Source: Rhizophagus irregularis (Eukaryota). From it: a stretch of DNA of 64,000 nt. The number at the start of each line of letters is the position of its first letter. Position 1 is the stretch's first letter. The DNA lies in assembly GCF_026210795.1 (NCBI RefSeq), contig NC_089434.1, positions 434,001 through 498,000 of the forward strand, written 5' to 3'. Under the pieces are notes generated by a model. It saw only the letters and a list, made by a program, of their open reading frames with translations, was not told the origin of the DNA and did no database searches. The position numbers and the translations under genes are program-made. Of the stretch, positions 26,715-39,200 are shown in pieces.

Positions 26715-28955
26715 TTTCACTTAATATAGTTACTGTATATTTTAAATAGTTAAATATAATTTATAGATAGATAGTTTTCTTTTTCTTGTAGTTGTGTAGT
26801 ATTTAAAGGGATTGTGGGTTGACCGAGCGGTAGGCCGAAGCGCCTGGTATGGAGAGGTTAAATCAGTGCTTGACATTGGTTACTTCAATGTGATTCTTTG
26901 ATGTTAATTTTGTAACTAGTGCGCTTTTTACATTTTTAATAAAGAAGTTTCGCGTTTACGCGAGTGAAAAAAAAAAAAAAAAAAAAAATATAGCTATATA
27001 AAATTGAATCAAAAAAGTTCACATTGAGCATTTCCGAAATTATGAAAAAATGCATGTAGATCGTATGACAAACTACAAATTAAGCGAAAAAGTGAATAAA
27101 TTTGGAAGATGATCGTCAGAAATTTATCATCCAAAAGCATACTATCACTAACGTACATCCAAATAAATTGCTAATCATATTTTTAAACCCTTATTTTGAA
27201 CGCATAAACATATATATATATAAAAGGTATTACATCAGTCAGATAATTGGATGCTAGAATTTATTAAAAATAATTAATTTTATATTACCGAAAATATTAA
27301 CGTATAATCTAAGTCCATCAAAATTACTATACACTTTTGTTGTAGCATAACTTGTACAGTAGTAAGATAATTATACATATAATTTATACACAAAAAATAA
27401 TATATATATAGAAAAGATAATATATATTGGCCAGTCAGAAATAATCATATAATTCATTTTCGATATGGTGGCCTACTTTAAAATTTCACTATTCGATTCC
27501 TGCTGAATGGGTACGTGAACTTATAATATCTTCAAATCCTACTAAGTTCTATTTCAATTTGTGATTTTGTAGAACTCACGTGAATTTAAATTTTAAGTTA
27601 GCTCTGTTACAGGATGATCATGCAATAATAACGGATCCGTATGACAATTATTATTTGAGTTTTGTTATTTACTGGATAAATGTCATAACGTACTAATCCA
27701 TAGAAGACGAATGAAGACGCTCTTGTTGGTTATATATAGCACCTCTTTCAGTGGTGTTTAATGCAGGTACACTACATAGGATCTGATTAGATCTTTTTAT
27801 TGGTAGTAGAAATAACTCCTTCAAAGTTATGAATATTTCACATTTAAATGTGATAAAAATTGACGTTCGAAATTCTAATAGTTAATAGAATATATAAAAA
27901 TTTGTCCATTGTACGAAATTTTTTCCGGAATTGAACTAACTGAAATTATATTTCTCTGAAGAAACTCTAGCAAAAAAATCTAATTTATTTTCTGAACGTT
28001 TAACATAGTCAAATTAACCAATTAATATCGGGTGCCATCAAGAAAAGGAAGCGATAGGTTATTATTTTGATTAATTAAAATCATTATAATTTGTACGTAC
28101 ACTTGAATCTATTTCTTTTAGTCATAAAATTTATTTAGTAATTTATATATAAGATTATTTTTAACATGTTTTTTATTGTATTATTATAATAAGATTAGCA
28201 AATACTACATACAGCTCATAATAAATTTAACTTATTGTTTTTATAGTCGATTTTTTCAAGTATTAAAATATTAATTTCAATTGAGTATCTGTCACAAAAT
28301 GGTGGGCGTAATTATATTACACTAAATACATTAATTAATTCAAAATAATTTGTTTTATTATTACCAACTTTCTACGCCTTAATAAATTTTCTTTAGTAAG
28401 AAACTCGCAAAATATTCTTTGCTATTGTGCCAAAATGACCTGGTGATTAAATATACTATAAATTATGGAGCTATTATTCGTACCCCTAGTCACAACTTTT
28501 GTTATTCGTATCCTCTTCCCCTGTAATAAATCATGATCTACAATCACGTTAAGCAGTTCATTAATTTTATTACGCCATTCATTGAAAAATGAAAGTCAAA
28601 TGACAAACGAGCTCATTCGTGTTGGTGAGAAATGTACTCTTTACCATCAGTATGGACATAATTCTCACAATTTCCAATTAAATTATAAATATTTAGTTTA
28701 TTTTCATAACAATAAATATATACTTTAATGTGCACTATAAAATTCGCGGTAAAATTATTAACGTGATCATAGATCGTCTAATCACATGGTTTACTACAAG
28801 AAGGTATAATAACAGCCGCCTAAATTATAACCGCATAATTTTTAATTAATTTAATTTATTATACAAAAATTATAATAAAATTTTTAAATTTTTGTACTAT
28901 TTTTAAAAATTAGACTTTGTAACTACTTTATATTAAATATGTGAATAAAAACTAT

Positions 28956-29698
28956 CCCTTAAACGGTAATGCAGGCAAATTTGCCTGCAATTTTTTAAAA
29001 TGAATTATATCCAAACTCAATATGATTTGGATTATCCTATAATTCCGCAGCTATATTGATCTACATTTTTAGCATCAATTGTATAGTTTGGTATGGTGGC
29101 TAATCACCAAAATTAGACGCAAATTAACCTCAAAAAATAACATCGGAATTTTTATATAATAAATTAATTTTCTTTACCATAACATTCTGCTTCATTACAA
29201 AGTATTTTAATATATTTTATTAATTTATTATGAAACTTCAAACTCTAATGAACAAAATAGAGATGATAAAATTTAACTTTATGCATTTTTTACAAGTTCA
29301 CAAAAATAATGTTTTTTTAGGGTTCTATGTAAAGTCAAATTGTCACTTCTAAACATTATAAATCATATTAATAAAAGTTGTTCCCTATAGCAAATTCTAC
29401 ATATTCTATTAAGCTTTAATATAGCCATAATCAAATCCCAATGAGATCGTCAAAGTTGAATGCAAAATTTTTCAAATTTTTTGTCATTTTAAAAAACACA
29501 ACTTTTGTCCAATAGTTAATCTTCAATCTTATAATATGAAATTAATAAATAATGATTATTGCCACATAAATTATGATTTAATCTCTTTGCAAAAAAAAAA
29601 TTTTATTAGAATAACTTCATTTTTCATAAAACTAGATGAGAACTGAATTTTCGGTAAATTGCAGGAAAATTTGCCTGCAATGTCTTACCGTTTAAGGG
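28956..29698. mobile_element. piggyBac-like non-autonomous element
   Basis: TIRs CCCTTAAACGGTAA / TTACCGTTTAAGGG plus internal TGCAGG-AAATTT-CCTGCA palindromes at both ends. Flanks are CTAT/ATAA rather than canonical TTAA. Confidence 0.6.
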
Positions 29699-30167
29699 AT
29701 AAATTTAAGTATCGTAACACAGTTATTCATAACACTTCAATCAACAATCGCTCCATGTACAAAAAAATGTTTTTTTAAACTCGCTTTATCATTCGATATT
29801 TTTATATTAATACATTGATATCAAATTTTAGCTAACATAAGTGCGTGAGAAATATTATACAAGAGAGATACATGTATATATTTTTATTAAAGTCTTTTCA
29901 TAGTGGAAAATACTGGAAATGATAACATGATTTTATTCTTAATGAGTGGAAAACTATACTTATTTAGAGAATAAACATTATTTTTTTTTACTTTCATAAC
30001 TGGTTGAAACAAAAATATGTGATCATAAATTAAATAATAATACAAATACTTCTTGATGATATACTTTACCAGAATCGTAACCATTTAATTTACATGAACT
30101 AAAATCTCATCATTAGAGTTTCTTTTACCAATATATCTGACACGAGTTAAAACATATTCCTCCTACA

Positions 30168-31037
30168 TAGTGCTCCGCAAAATTCGGGTCTAACCCGGAT
30201 AATTCAACCCGAGTGAATTTTAAATCGGGTCGGTATTAACAATTTTAATAACCCGTGACCCGCATGACCCAACCCGTCGGGTCGGGTCATTCATTTCCTT
30301 GACTCGGGTTTTGACCCGAATTAGACCCGGATGATAATTAAAATCACTGATCACATATTGATTACGTGTTAATATTGATTACGTTTATATGATATTGTTA
30401 GACAAATGAGGTAGTATATCCCCACTTAGCGAAAATGGCTAGAGACTACCTTGCAATTACAGGTATGTATATAAATTATTATTATTAATTATTAACATTA
30501 TATTAACTAATAAGTTGATTTTGATGATTAATAAAGCCCAGTAGAAAGAGTATTTTCCAGTGGAACCTATTTGATAGCTGCAAAAGGATGTAGTTTTTAA
30601 ACACATGCATGTTCTAATTGTATCTGCTTTAAGTCCTGGCAGACACAAAATATAGTCAAATTTTTGTTAAAGCAAGTGATACAATTTCGATTTTATAGTT
30701 CAAATATAAAATAGGAATTGAAGATATATATCGTTAAATTCGTGCTTAGCATTAGTTCTAATAATAAAAAGTTGAGAGACCTATATGATTATCTTGTAGA
30801 TCAATTGCCTTGCATTAATGAAAAAATTATATTTGAAAAAAATATTTCTGATATATTACTAAGTGTACAGTATATTATCCAATATATATATTGAAAATTA
30901 CTAAATTTCGGGTCTAACCCGGGTTATTCGAATTAAATATATTCGGGTCAGGTCAAAATCGGATCATTTCTATTTTTGCCGGGTCGAGTCGGATATATTC
31001 TCCAAACCCGACCGAATCCGACCCGGTAGGAGCACTA
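30168..31037. mobile_element. Non-autonomous hAT transposon retaining a C-terminal dimerisation-domain fragment
   Basis: TAGTGCTCC/GGAGCACTA termini and 8-bp TSD CTCCTACA. Internal YPHLAKMARDYLAI..PVERVFSSG. Same family as 10694-11480 in the opposite orientation. Confidence 0.9.
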
Positions 31038-31835
31038 CTCCTACATTAACTCACAGTATTTGGAGTTTTTTATAATTCGTTTCAATTTTAAAATTTTTAA
31101 CATATTGCGCAGTATAATTATCAACTTGTGTTTTTATTTTTTTGGGTGTTAAACTTGTGTAACAATTAATTTTCAGTCCAAGCCTCCATATTTCCGTTAA
31201 ATGGCAACTTTTCTTTACATTTTCTATATAAAAGTTGCATTATGTCTTCTATTCAAAGAGAAGCAATTTATGCGGCACTAAATAAATTACTTGTAATAGC
31301 AAATTATAATGTTAATAATGACATACATAAACAACATGAATTTCGAAAATACTCCTTGCTGACAAATCTCTTACATAATTTGAAAAAACTGAAGCAATAA
31401 AAGAATTATATAAAATTTATGATCGAAATAAAGTTATTACTAATTCAGGAAACAAAAAGAATTTTGTGAAAATTGTAATAAAGAATGTTTAGCTATATTA
31501 TATTATGAATTTTTATATTAGAGATTATTTAAAAACAAAATTTTCAAATTGGACTTCTAAAAATAATGATATTAATAATTTAATACAAAAATGTCAATTG
31601 GAAAACATTTGAGCCAGAAGGAATAATTGAATGGATTCCTTATTATAATTTTGAAAATATACAAATATTTGACAAAAGGTAGATTTTCTGAAATTTATAC
31701 AGGAGTTTGGATTAATGGAATATAATGGATGGAAGACATAATGTAATACTTAAGGAAATTAGAAAATGTTGAAAGTGCAAATCAAAGATGGTTTGAAGAG
31801 GTTTATTATCTGACATAAATACCTAGAGAACTTAT

Positions 31836-33517
31836 TTCGTGATCCGTCTCCAAACCAGTGAAATCTACTAATACATTTTGGGGAATTATTTTGCAAATTA
31901 ATTTAGTGGGAAATTCAGATAAGAGCAATAGATATAGCACGCAGGAAATGTGAAATGAACTTACAAATTATTAGAGAAAAGTAGTTTAGAAGAACTGCAA
32001 AATTACGGAATGCATTTATTTCACCGAAAATCATCTCACCGACAATCAACTTACCGACAGTCATTTCACCGACAGGGTCGTTTCACCTACAGTTGTTTTA
32101 CCAACGATCATTTCACTGACAAAATCATTTCACCGACAGGATCATTTTACTGACAACTAAAATATCAGTAAAAAATACAAAAAAAAATAGCATTATAAAC
32201 AATTTATTTATTTATTTTATTTTATTTTATGGATAGTAAGGAGAATTACAATGAAAATCACATCACTATTCTAACGAATAACTTCAGTTTGTCCAAATCA
32301 ATATGGAGCGGACCCTTACTAGAAAAAAGAAAAAAGAAAAAAACTATTCAGAGCTCTGACCAAGCCTGAATAGACAAGAACAAGAAAGGTTCAGGATAAT
32401 CTAGTAGTAGGTTGTGACAACGATTTGTAAAAAACTACTATACATAAAACAATCACGTAAATAATCCGTATTTTTCTTTCAACCCTAATGGTTGCCACCT
32501 GTAAATACTGTCAGAGGTGGAGTGGTTCACTCTATTCTAAATTGTTAAAAGGTTTAATGTAATCTACTATAAAAGGTATAAAATGACTCCTATGGATGAA
32601 ATATAAAAAATATTACGTTAATAACGAAATATCTAAAAAAAAAAATAAACATGATTAACCATTGTTAATCCTTATTGCTCGAACCAGACTCCCCATTTTT
32701 TTACAATAAAAAACTATTGAATATTAAATTAATAATTGTGGCTATGTTATCAGTTATCGAATTATGGTAAAAGATTAAAATTCGGTGAAATGATTTTCAG
32801 TGATATGATTTTCAGTGAAATAACCCTGTCGGTGAAATGATTTTCGGTGAAATGACTGTCGGTAAGTTGATTGTCAGTGAAATGATTTTCGGTGAAATAT
32901 ACCGAACCCCAAAATTACTAGATACACTACTCAATATAAGCAAAATATAGTACGACCTGTGTTTAATAGAAATAAATAATTTTAATACTTTTTTTTTTGT
33001 TTTTTCTTATTTATAACCTTTAAATAAATTATTTACCAGCAAATAAATAACATTTTAATAAAAAAATATCAATTTTGTGATTGTCACACCTCTTGTATTG
33101 AATAATTATGGCATTTTTAAAGGCCGGAATCCAGCGTCGCTAAAGAAAAAATTTTTTAACTAATCGTTCAATGTAAAAATTTTTGATGGATCCTGATTCC
33201 CTTGGTTTTAAGCAATTGGTTAAACTATTTTTCAGCCGGGTTGTAATACAAATTTGGCTGGTTACTTTTTAGGCAATATCGCCAATTTGTATAATAACGT
33301 AGCCTTAAATGGCAAGTATATGTTGATCAAACTTGTGATATTAATATTTGACGATGCAAATTTATCATTCAATATACCCAGAACATTATTATATAACACT
33401 TAAAAAAAAAAATTCTGGGAAAATCAGCTCAAAAGCCATTTAAGTTATAATTAATTTGTAAAACCAGTTCCCCGAAATTTATTAGTAGTTTTCACTGGTT
33501 CGGAGACGGATCATGAA
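31836..33517. mobile_element. TIR DNA element in intron 1 of the kinase pseudogene
   Basis: About 60-bp imperfect TIRs TTCGTGATCCGTCTCCAAACCAGTGAAA.. / ..TTTCACTGGTTCGGAGACGGATCATGAA, with TTAT on both sides. Confidence 0.75.
32007..32909. mobile_element. Non-autonomous MULE-like element nested in the previous element
   Basis: Perfect 9-bp TSD CAAAATTAC and inverted arrays of ~15-bp CATTTCACCGA repeats at both ends. Confidence 0.85.
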
Positions 33518-34849
33518 TTATATTTAAAATTATTTTATTTATTAACTAAATTATTTTATAGGCTAAATATAAGCAACAAATGTTCAACAGTTGTCCAATA
33601 TTTTGGTCTAACACAAGAACAATTAAATGGAGATTTATATACTACTTATAATGAATGGAATTGATATAAATTTAGTGATAAGAATAAAATTCTTTTTAAT
33701 TCAGGAATTTTGTGTTCAAAATTATTTAAAAACAAATTTTTTAAATCAGATATCTGGAAATAATGATATTGATAATTTAATATGAAAAATGTCAAATTGG
33801 AACATTCAGACCAGCTAGAAACAGTTTGGAATGATGGAAAATACGAAGAATGGGATTTCAAAGAAAAACAATTAAAAAAAATTGGAGAACTATTAGATAT
33901 TCACTAAATAACTCATCAGTTTGGCATTTTACTTGATTATCAAAGAAAATTTTTTTTTGATTTAGAAATTAGAAGATTTGATTTTAATAATTGATATTGT
34001 TACTTACCTTCAAAAACATCAAGCACAAAGCCAAATCTTTTATTTACAACTAGACAAATTTTTTTATTTCATATGATATTCTTAGCTAAAACGATTGAAT
34101 CACATGATATTAGTAAGATATTTCCTGATAATATCCCTTAATTTTATCACCTAATCATTACTTAGTGAAATGAGTCAATATGTTATTTCATACAATATAT
34201 GAGCATCAATTATAACAAAATTTTCAATAAAGTGTATATAAATTGTGGTCATTTTTTATATTTTAATAGTTTTGTTTGTTTTATTCATGCTTTTATTCAT
34301 TTATTTATTCATTTGTTTATTGTTTGCTTATTTATTTATTTATTCATTGATTTGTTTGTTTATTATTAAAAATTTCTCAATTTTTTACACGTAAAAAAAA
34401 GTATTAAGAATACTAGTAATTAAAAAAAATACATATTGAAAAAATAAAGTATCTGAAAAATTAAAAATCACATATATGAGGTGGGTCGCCATGATGACAG
34501 GGTCACCAAATAATAATAGTGTTGCACAAATTTTTGTTTAATTTAGTTTATTTTTTAGTTTATTTTTTTTAGTTTATTTTAAAATATAGTTTATTTTTTT
34601 AAGTGTATAGTTTAATTTTATATAATTAGTGGGACTATAAACAGGAATCAGAAGATGAGGTAATGGGAGCAATCTCAGCTTCTGTGGCTTTCATCACCAT
34701 GAAGTCCAGCATGTGGATCAGAAAAAAGAAGGTTTATAATGGAAGCATATACTTCGAGTTTGCTGCAGATTTCAAGGGAATTTCTACTAAGCACAAGGTA
34801 AGTATTCGGTCAGATGCAGGAGAAGATGATGGTATGACCACATCCACCA

Positions 34850-35385
34850 AGTTAAAGGACCTTCTTATCCAAGCCTCAGTCACAAAGATCTGTTATACAG
34901 ATGTTAATTTCATGCCTTATCCCCAAATGCACCAAAGTATAATCCTGAATTCTTCAATCTCTTCCTAGGTTTCAGGGTTCAACCCGCTGAGCACATCAAA
35001 CCGAACCTAGTTAATTCGACATGTTCATGAGGTATGATGTGCAGAGAACAAGCAGTTAACCACATACATCCTCAACTGGCTCACATTTCTGGTTCAAAAT
35101 CCAGACAAAAAACCCGGTACAGCAATTATTATGCGCAGTTCCCCAGATGTAGTAAGAATATCTTAACCGATTTTATCAGAGAACATATTCTTGGTCATGA
35201 AAACTTCCTCTCCACTACCCGTCTTGAAGATTAATGGGAAGGTTCAATGCAGCTGTTCATGCCAAAAAACTCATCATCCTCAATAAATGTGATATGACAG
35301 GCAAGAAATGGCATGGAGCAAATAACTGACTTAAGAGTTTAATCACTGAGCCTTACATCTCTATCGAGGAAAAGGGAGGCTGGAA
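34850..35385 (+). pseudogene. Relic of a D5-like primase-associated SF3 helicase (viral/Polinton-type)
   Basis: Across frameshifts it reads ...TYILNWL..LVQNPDKKPGTAIIMRSSPRCSKNILTDFI...MGRFNAAVHAKKLIILNKC...LKSLITEPYISIEEKG, giving degenerate Walker A, Walker B and K..IT motifs. Intronless and more GC-rich than its flanks. Confidence 0.65.
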
Positions 35386-35467
35386 GGGCTCGGTTGAGGC
35401 TTAATTGGACAAAATTGGCTGATCAACAAAATTGGCTGGAGGACAAAAATGGCCAGATGACAATAAT

Positions 35468-35893
35468 TGTCACGGATATTGGATGATATATAAACAGTGG
35501 TTTTCAAAGGATAAAAAAAGCAGTTGGGCTTTTGTTTATTAATTGTAGAAATAGGATAGTTGGAATATTACATTGAGGCAGTAATATTGTTTATTTGTTT
35601 GTTCGTTAATAAAGATACCCGCTGATCATTTCTGATTTCTTCATAAAACACTGTTTATTAATTTTATCATTATAATTCATGAATCAACGTCCACCGAATT
35701 GTCATCAAGTTCATATACATTATTTACTGATATTTTACATATATATTGTTTACCGATTATTGTCTATTTATTTATTATATATACACTATTTATATATTTC
35801 CTTACACTTTATTGTCGATTGTTAACCGATTGTTATAAAATCATTGTTTATCCTTCTGTTACTACTCCCAGACCTTCAGAAATCAGTATAACA
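35468..35893. mobile_element. Possible solo LTR
   Basis: TGTCAC...ATAACA termini, about 426 bp, with internal TATATAAA and AATAAA. The TSD matches only partly (ATAAT / ATAGC). Confidence 0.4.
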
Positions 35894-36283
35894 ATAGCCT
35901 TAAATTATTATTTTGATAATTTATCATAATTGGAAAAGTTTTAAAATAAAAAAAAGATTTATTTAAATTACAAACTAAGAAACTTGTAAAATATTTACTA
36001 CCTAGTCCTAGTGTTTAAATAATTCTAAGTATAATAAAAAAAGTGAATATAAATACATAAGCTAAAAAAAAAGGAATTATTTAAATTACAAACTAAGAAA
36101 CTTGTAAAACATTTTACTACTCTAGCCTTAGTGTTTAAATAAATCTAAAAAGAATAAAATAAAGAACAATTTTTGTTGAATGCATGATACCAAATATCAC
36201 TTTTAAATAGACTATAAATCATTAATTTTCATCTGTTTTAATATAATAAAATAAAATTAATTTTGTATAAATAATTTGCAAGA

Positions 36284-39200
36284 TTAAATTTTATATGCAC
36301 TATATTGCATACCTAATGACTTCAAATCTTTAATTATATAATCATTCAAATCTTCACTTAGCTGTTCATTTACTTCTACACTAGCTTGTAAATCTTCGCT
36401 TTCAAGAATTTCATTCAAGTTTTCACTAGTATTTTCAACTGCTTTAATATCTAATAATCAAATAAATAAATTATTTTCACATAAATAATTTGCAAGATTA
36501 AATTTCATATGCACTATATTGCATACCTAATAACTTCAAATCATTAATTATATAATTATCCAAATTTTCACTTTCAAGAATTTCATTCAATTTTTTACTA
36601 GTGAAATCAAGTAAGCAACTTGTATGATATGCTTTAGGATGAGATTTAGTAGCTAGATCGCTATGCACAATTGGTGCATTTATAAATTCCATAATGTTGC
36701 TTTTTAATTCTTCATTAATTTTATCATCAGGACGGATAATCCAATTCTTAATAATACCTTTCACTTCTGAGGTAGATGGCCTTTTCAATGGATCTTCATT
36801 CCAACATTTTTTCATTAAATCTACATAGCATTGTGGAGTATTTTCAATAATTTTAGGGCGTTCACCTTTACAAATACTATAACTAAGTCGAAAATCATGT
36901 GCTTTATTATTAAATGGTGGTACCCCAGATGTAAATTCCCACATAATCATAGAAAAACTATATATATCACTAGCTGGAGTATAAGATTTGCCTCTTAAAA
37001 CTTCAGGAGCCATAAATGGCATAACACCATAAATATCATACTTTTTCAAAAACGATTTTACAGGTTGACATAATCCTAAATCACAAATATAAATTTTATC
37101 CTTATTCTTATCATTATGATTTAAAATATTACCATCATGAAAATCACAATGAATAAGATTATTTCCATGTATCCTACTAAGTCCAGAAATAATTTCGTAC
37201 AACATATATAATTTTTGATTCCATTTATTTTCGACTATTCTTGTTAGATTTTCTCTTAAATTACCTTTATTTGCATAGTACATTACTACCATATATTTTG
37301 AAGTATTTGTATCTTCTGTGAATCCATAAACATTTATAATATCATTTGAAGTTAAAACACTTATATGATATTCCCACTATAAATATAATAATTATTATTA
37401 AATATAAATAAATTTTAATTTAAATTAAAAATAGAAAATAATATACTATCATACTTCTTTTAAAAATTCATTTAAATTTTCATCTAAATTCTTAAGACAT
37501 TTAAGAATTACTTCTTCATCTCCATTATTCTTTAACCAAGTAGCTTTGTATATAGTACCAAATCCTCCTTTATTAAGATATTCAACATTTTTAAATTTGT
37601 TATAAGGAATCCATATTAATTCTTTTTCAAGAATAAAATCATCTATAATTGCATTTCCACTTTTCCCAAATCTATAAATTTAAAGTATTAAAATTATATT
37701 ATGGATTGTATTATAATTTACACTAAAATAAATTATTGCTTACTCTAAAATTTAAATAGGAATTTAATTTAATATAAGTCTTAAGTTTTTGGATAAATAC
37801 ATATACTAATAATCTATAATTTACAACTTACCAACTAAAGTAATAGATATTTTTTAAATGAAAGAATTAAATTAACAAATAGATATTATATAAAATATAT
37901 AATAATAGAGATACTTACAAGCTAGATCATAAATATTTTTAAATAAAGAAATTAGATAGTTTAAATTATATGTAAATATTATAACAATAAGTAACAATAG
38001 AATTAAATAAATAACTTACCATCTATAAAATAATTTTTTATATAAAGAAATTAGATAGTTTAAATTATATGTAAATATTATAACAACAAGTAATAATAGA
38101 ATTAAATAACTTACAATCTTTAAAATAATTTTTTATATAAAGAAATTAAATAGTTTAAATTATATGTAAATATTATAACAATAAGTAATAATAGAATTAA
38201 ATAAATAACTTACTCACTATATTATTTAATAATTTTTTAAATAAAGAAAAATTAGATAGTTTAAATTATATGTAAATATTATAATAATAAGTAATAATAG
38301 AATTAAATAAATAAATTATGACTTACCAACTACAAAATAAAGAAATTAGATAGCATAAATTATATGTAAATATTATAACAATAAGTAATAATAGAATTAA
38401 ATAAATAACTTACACCCTATATTATTTAATAATTTTTTAAATAAAGAAATTATATAGTTTAAATTATATGTAAATATTGCAACAATAAGTAATGATAGAA
38501 TTAAATAAATAACTTACGATCTATTAAATAAATAAAGAAATTAGATAGTTTAAATTATATGTAAATATTATAACAATAAGTAATAATAATAGAATTAAAT
38601 AAATAACTTACGATCTATTAAATAAATAAAGAAATTAGATAGTTTAAATTATATGTAAATATTATAATATAAGTAATAATAATAGAATTAAATAAATAAC
38701 TTACCAACTATTAAATAAAAATTAGATAGTTTAAATTATATGTAAATATTATAACAACAGGTAATAATAGAATTAAATAAATAACTTACTCCCTATATTA
38801 TTTAATAATTTTTTAAATAAAGAAATTTGTTAGTTTAAATTATATAACAATAAGTAATAATAGAATAAGTAATAATAGAATTAAATAAATAACTTACAAT
38901 CTATTAAATAAATAAAAAAATTAGATAATTTAAATTATATGTAAATATTATAACAATAAGTAATAATAGAATTAAATAAATACTAACTTACCATCTATTA
39001 AATAAATAAAGAAATTAGATAATTTAAATTATATGTAAATATTATAATAATAAGTAATAATAGAATTAAATAAATAACTTACTCCCTACATTATTTAATA
39101 ATTTTTTAAATAAAGAAATTAGATAGTTTAAATTATATGTAAATATTATAACAATAAGTAATAATAGAATTAAATAAATAACTTACGATCTATTAAATAA

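Larger units (their letters stand above)
19958..26987 (+). mobile_element. 7-kb non-LTR retroposon with no recognisable reverse transcriptase
   Basis: Ends in an ~22-nt poly(A) at 26967-26988. 16-bp TSD ATATAGCTATATAAAA at 19942-19957 and 26988-27003. The 3' motif is shared with 53850-54734. Confidence 0.8.
17636..27417 (-). mobile_element. Probable non-autonomous Helitron (about 2.7 kb without the nested retroposon)
   Basis: On the - strand, a GC-rich hairpin TGGGGGAC-GAA-GTCCCCCA (17654-17672) lies 14 nt before CTAG|T at 17636. A candidate 5' end A|TCTTTTCTATATATATA lies at 27417. The 3' end is better supported than the 5' end. Confidence 0.55.
31242..33890 (+). pseudogene. TKL kinase pseudogene with multiple stops and frameshifts, interrupted by nested transposons
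   Basis: 31242-31800 aligns by eye to kinase exon 1 (MSSIQRE..., WFEE|gt). Exon 2 resumes at about 33562 and is followed by another deleted exon-1 fragment. Confidence 0.85.
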
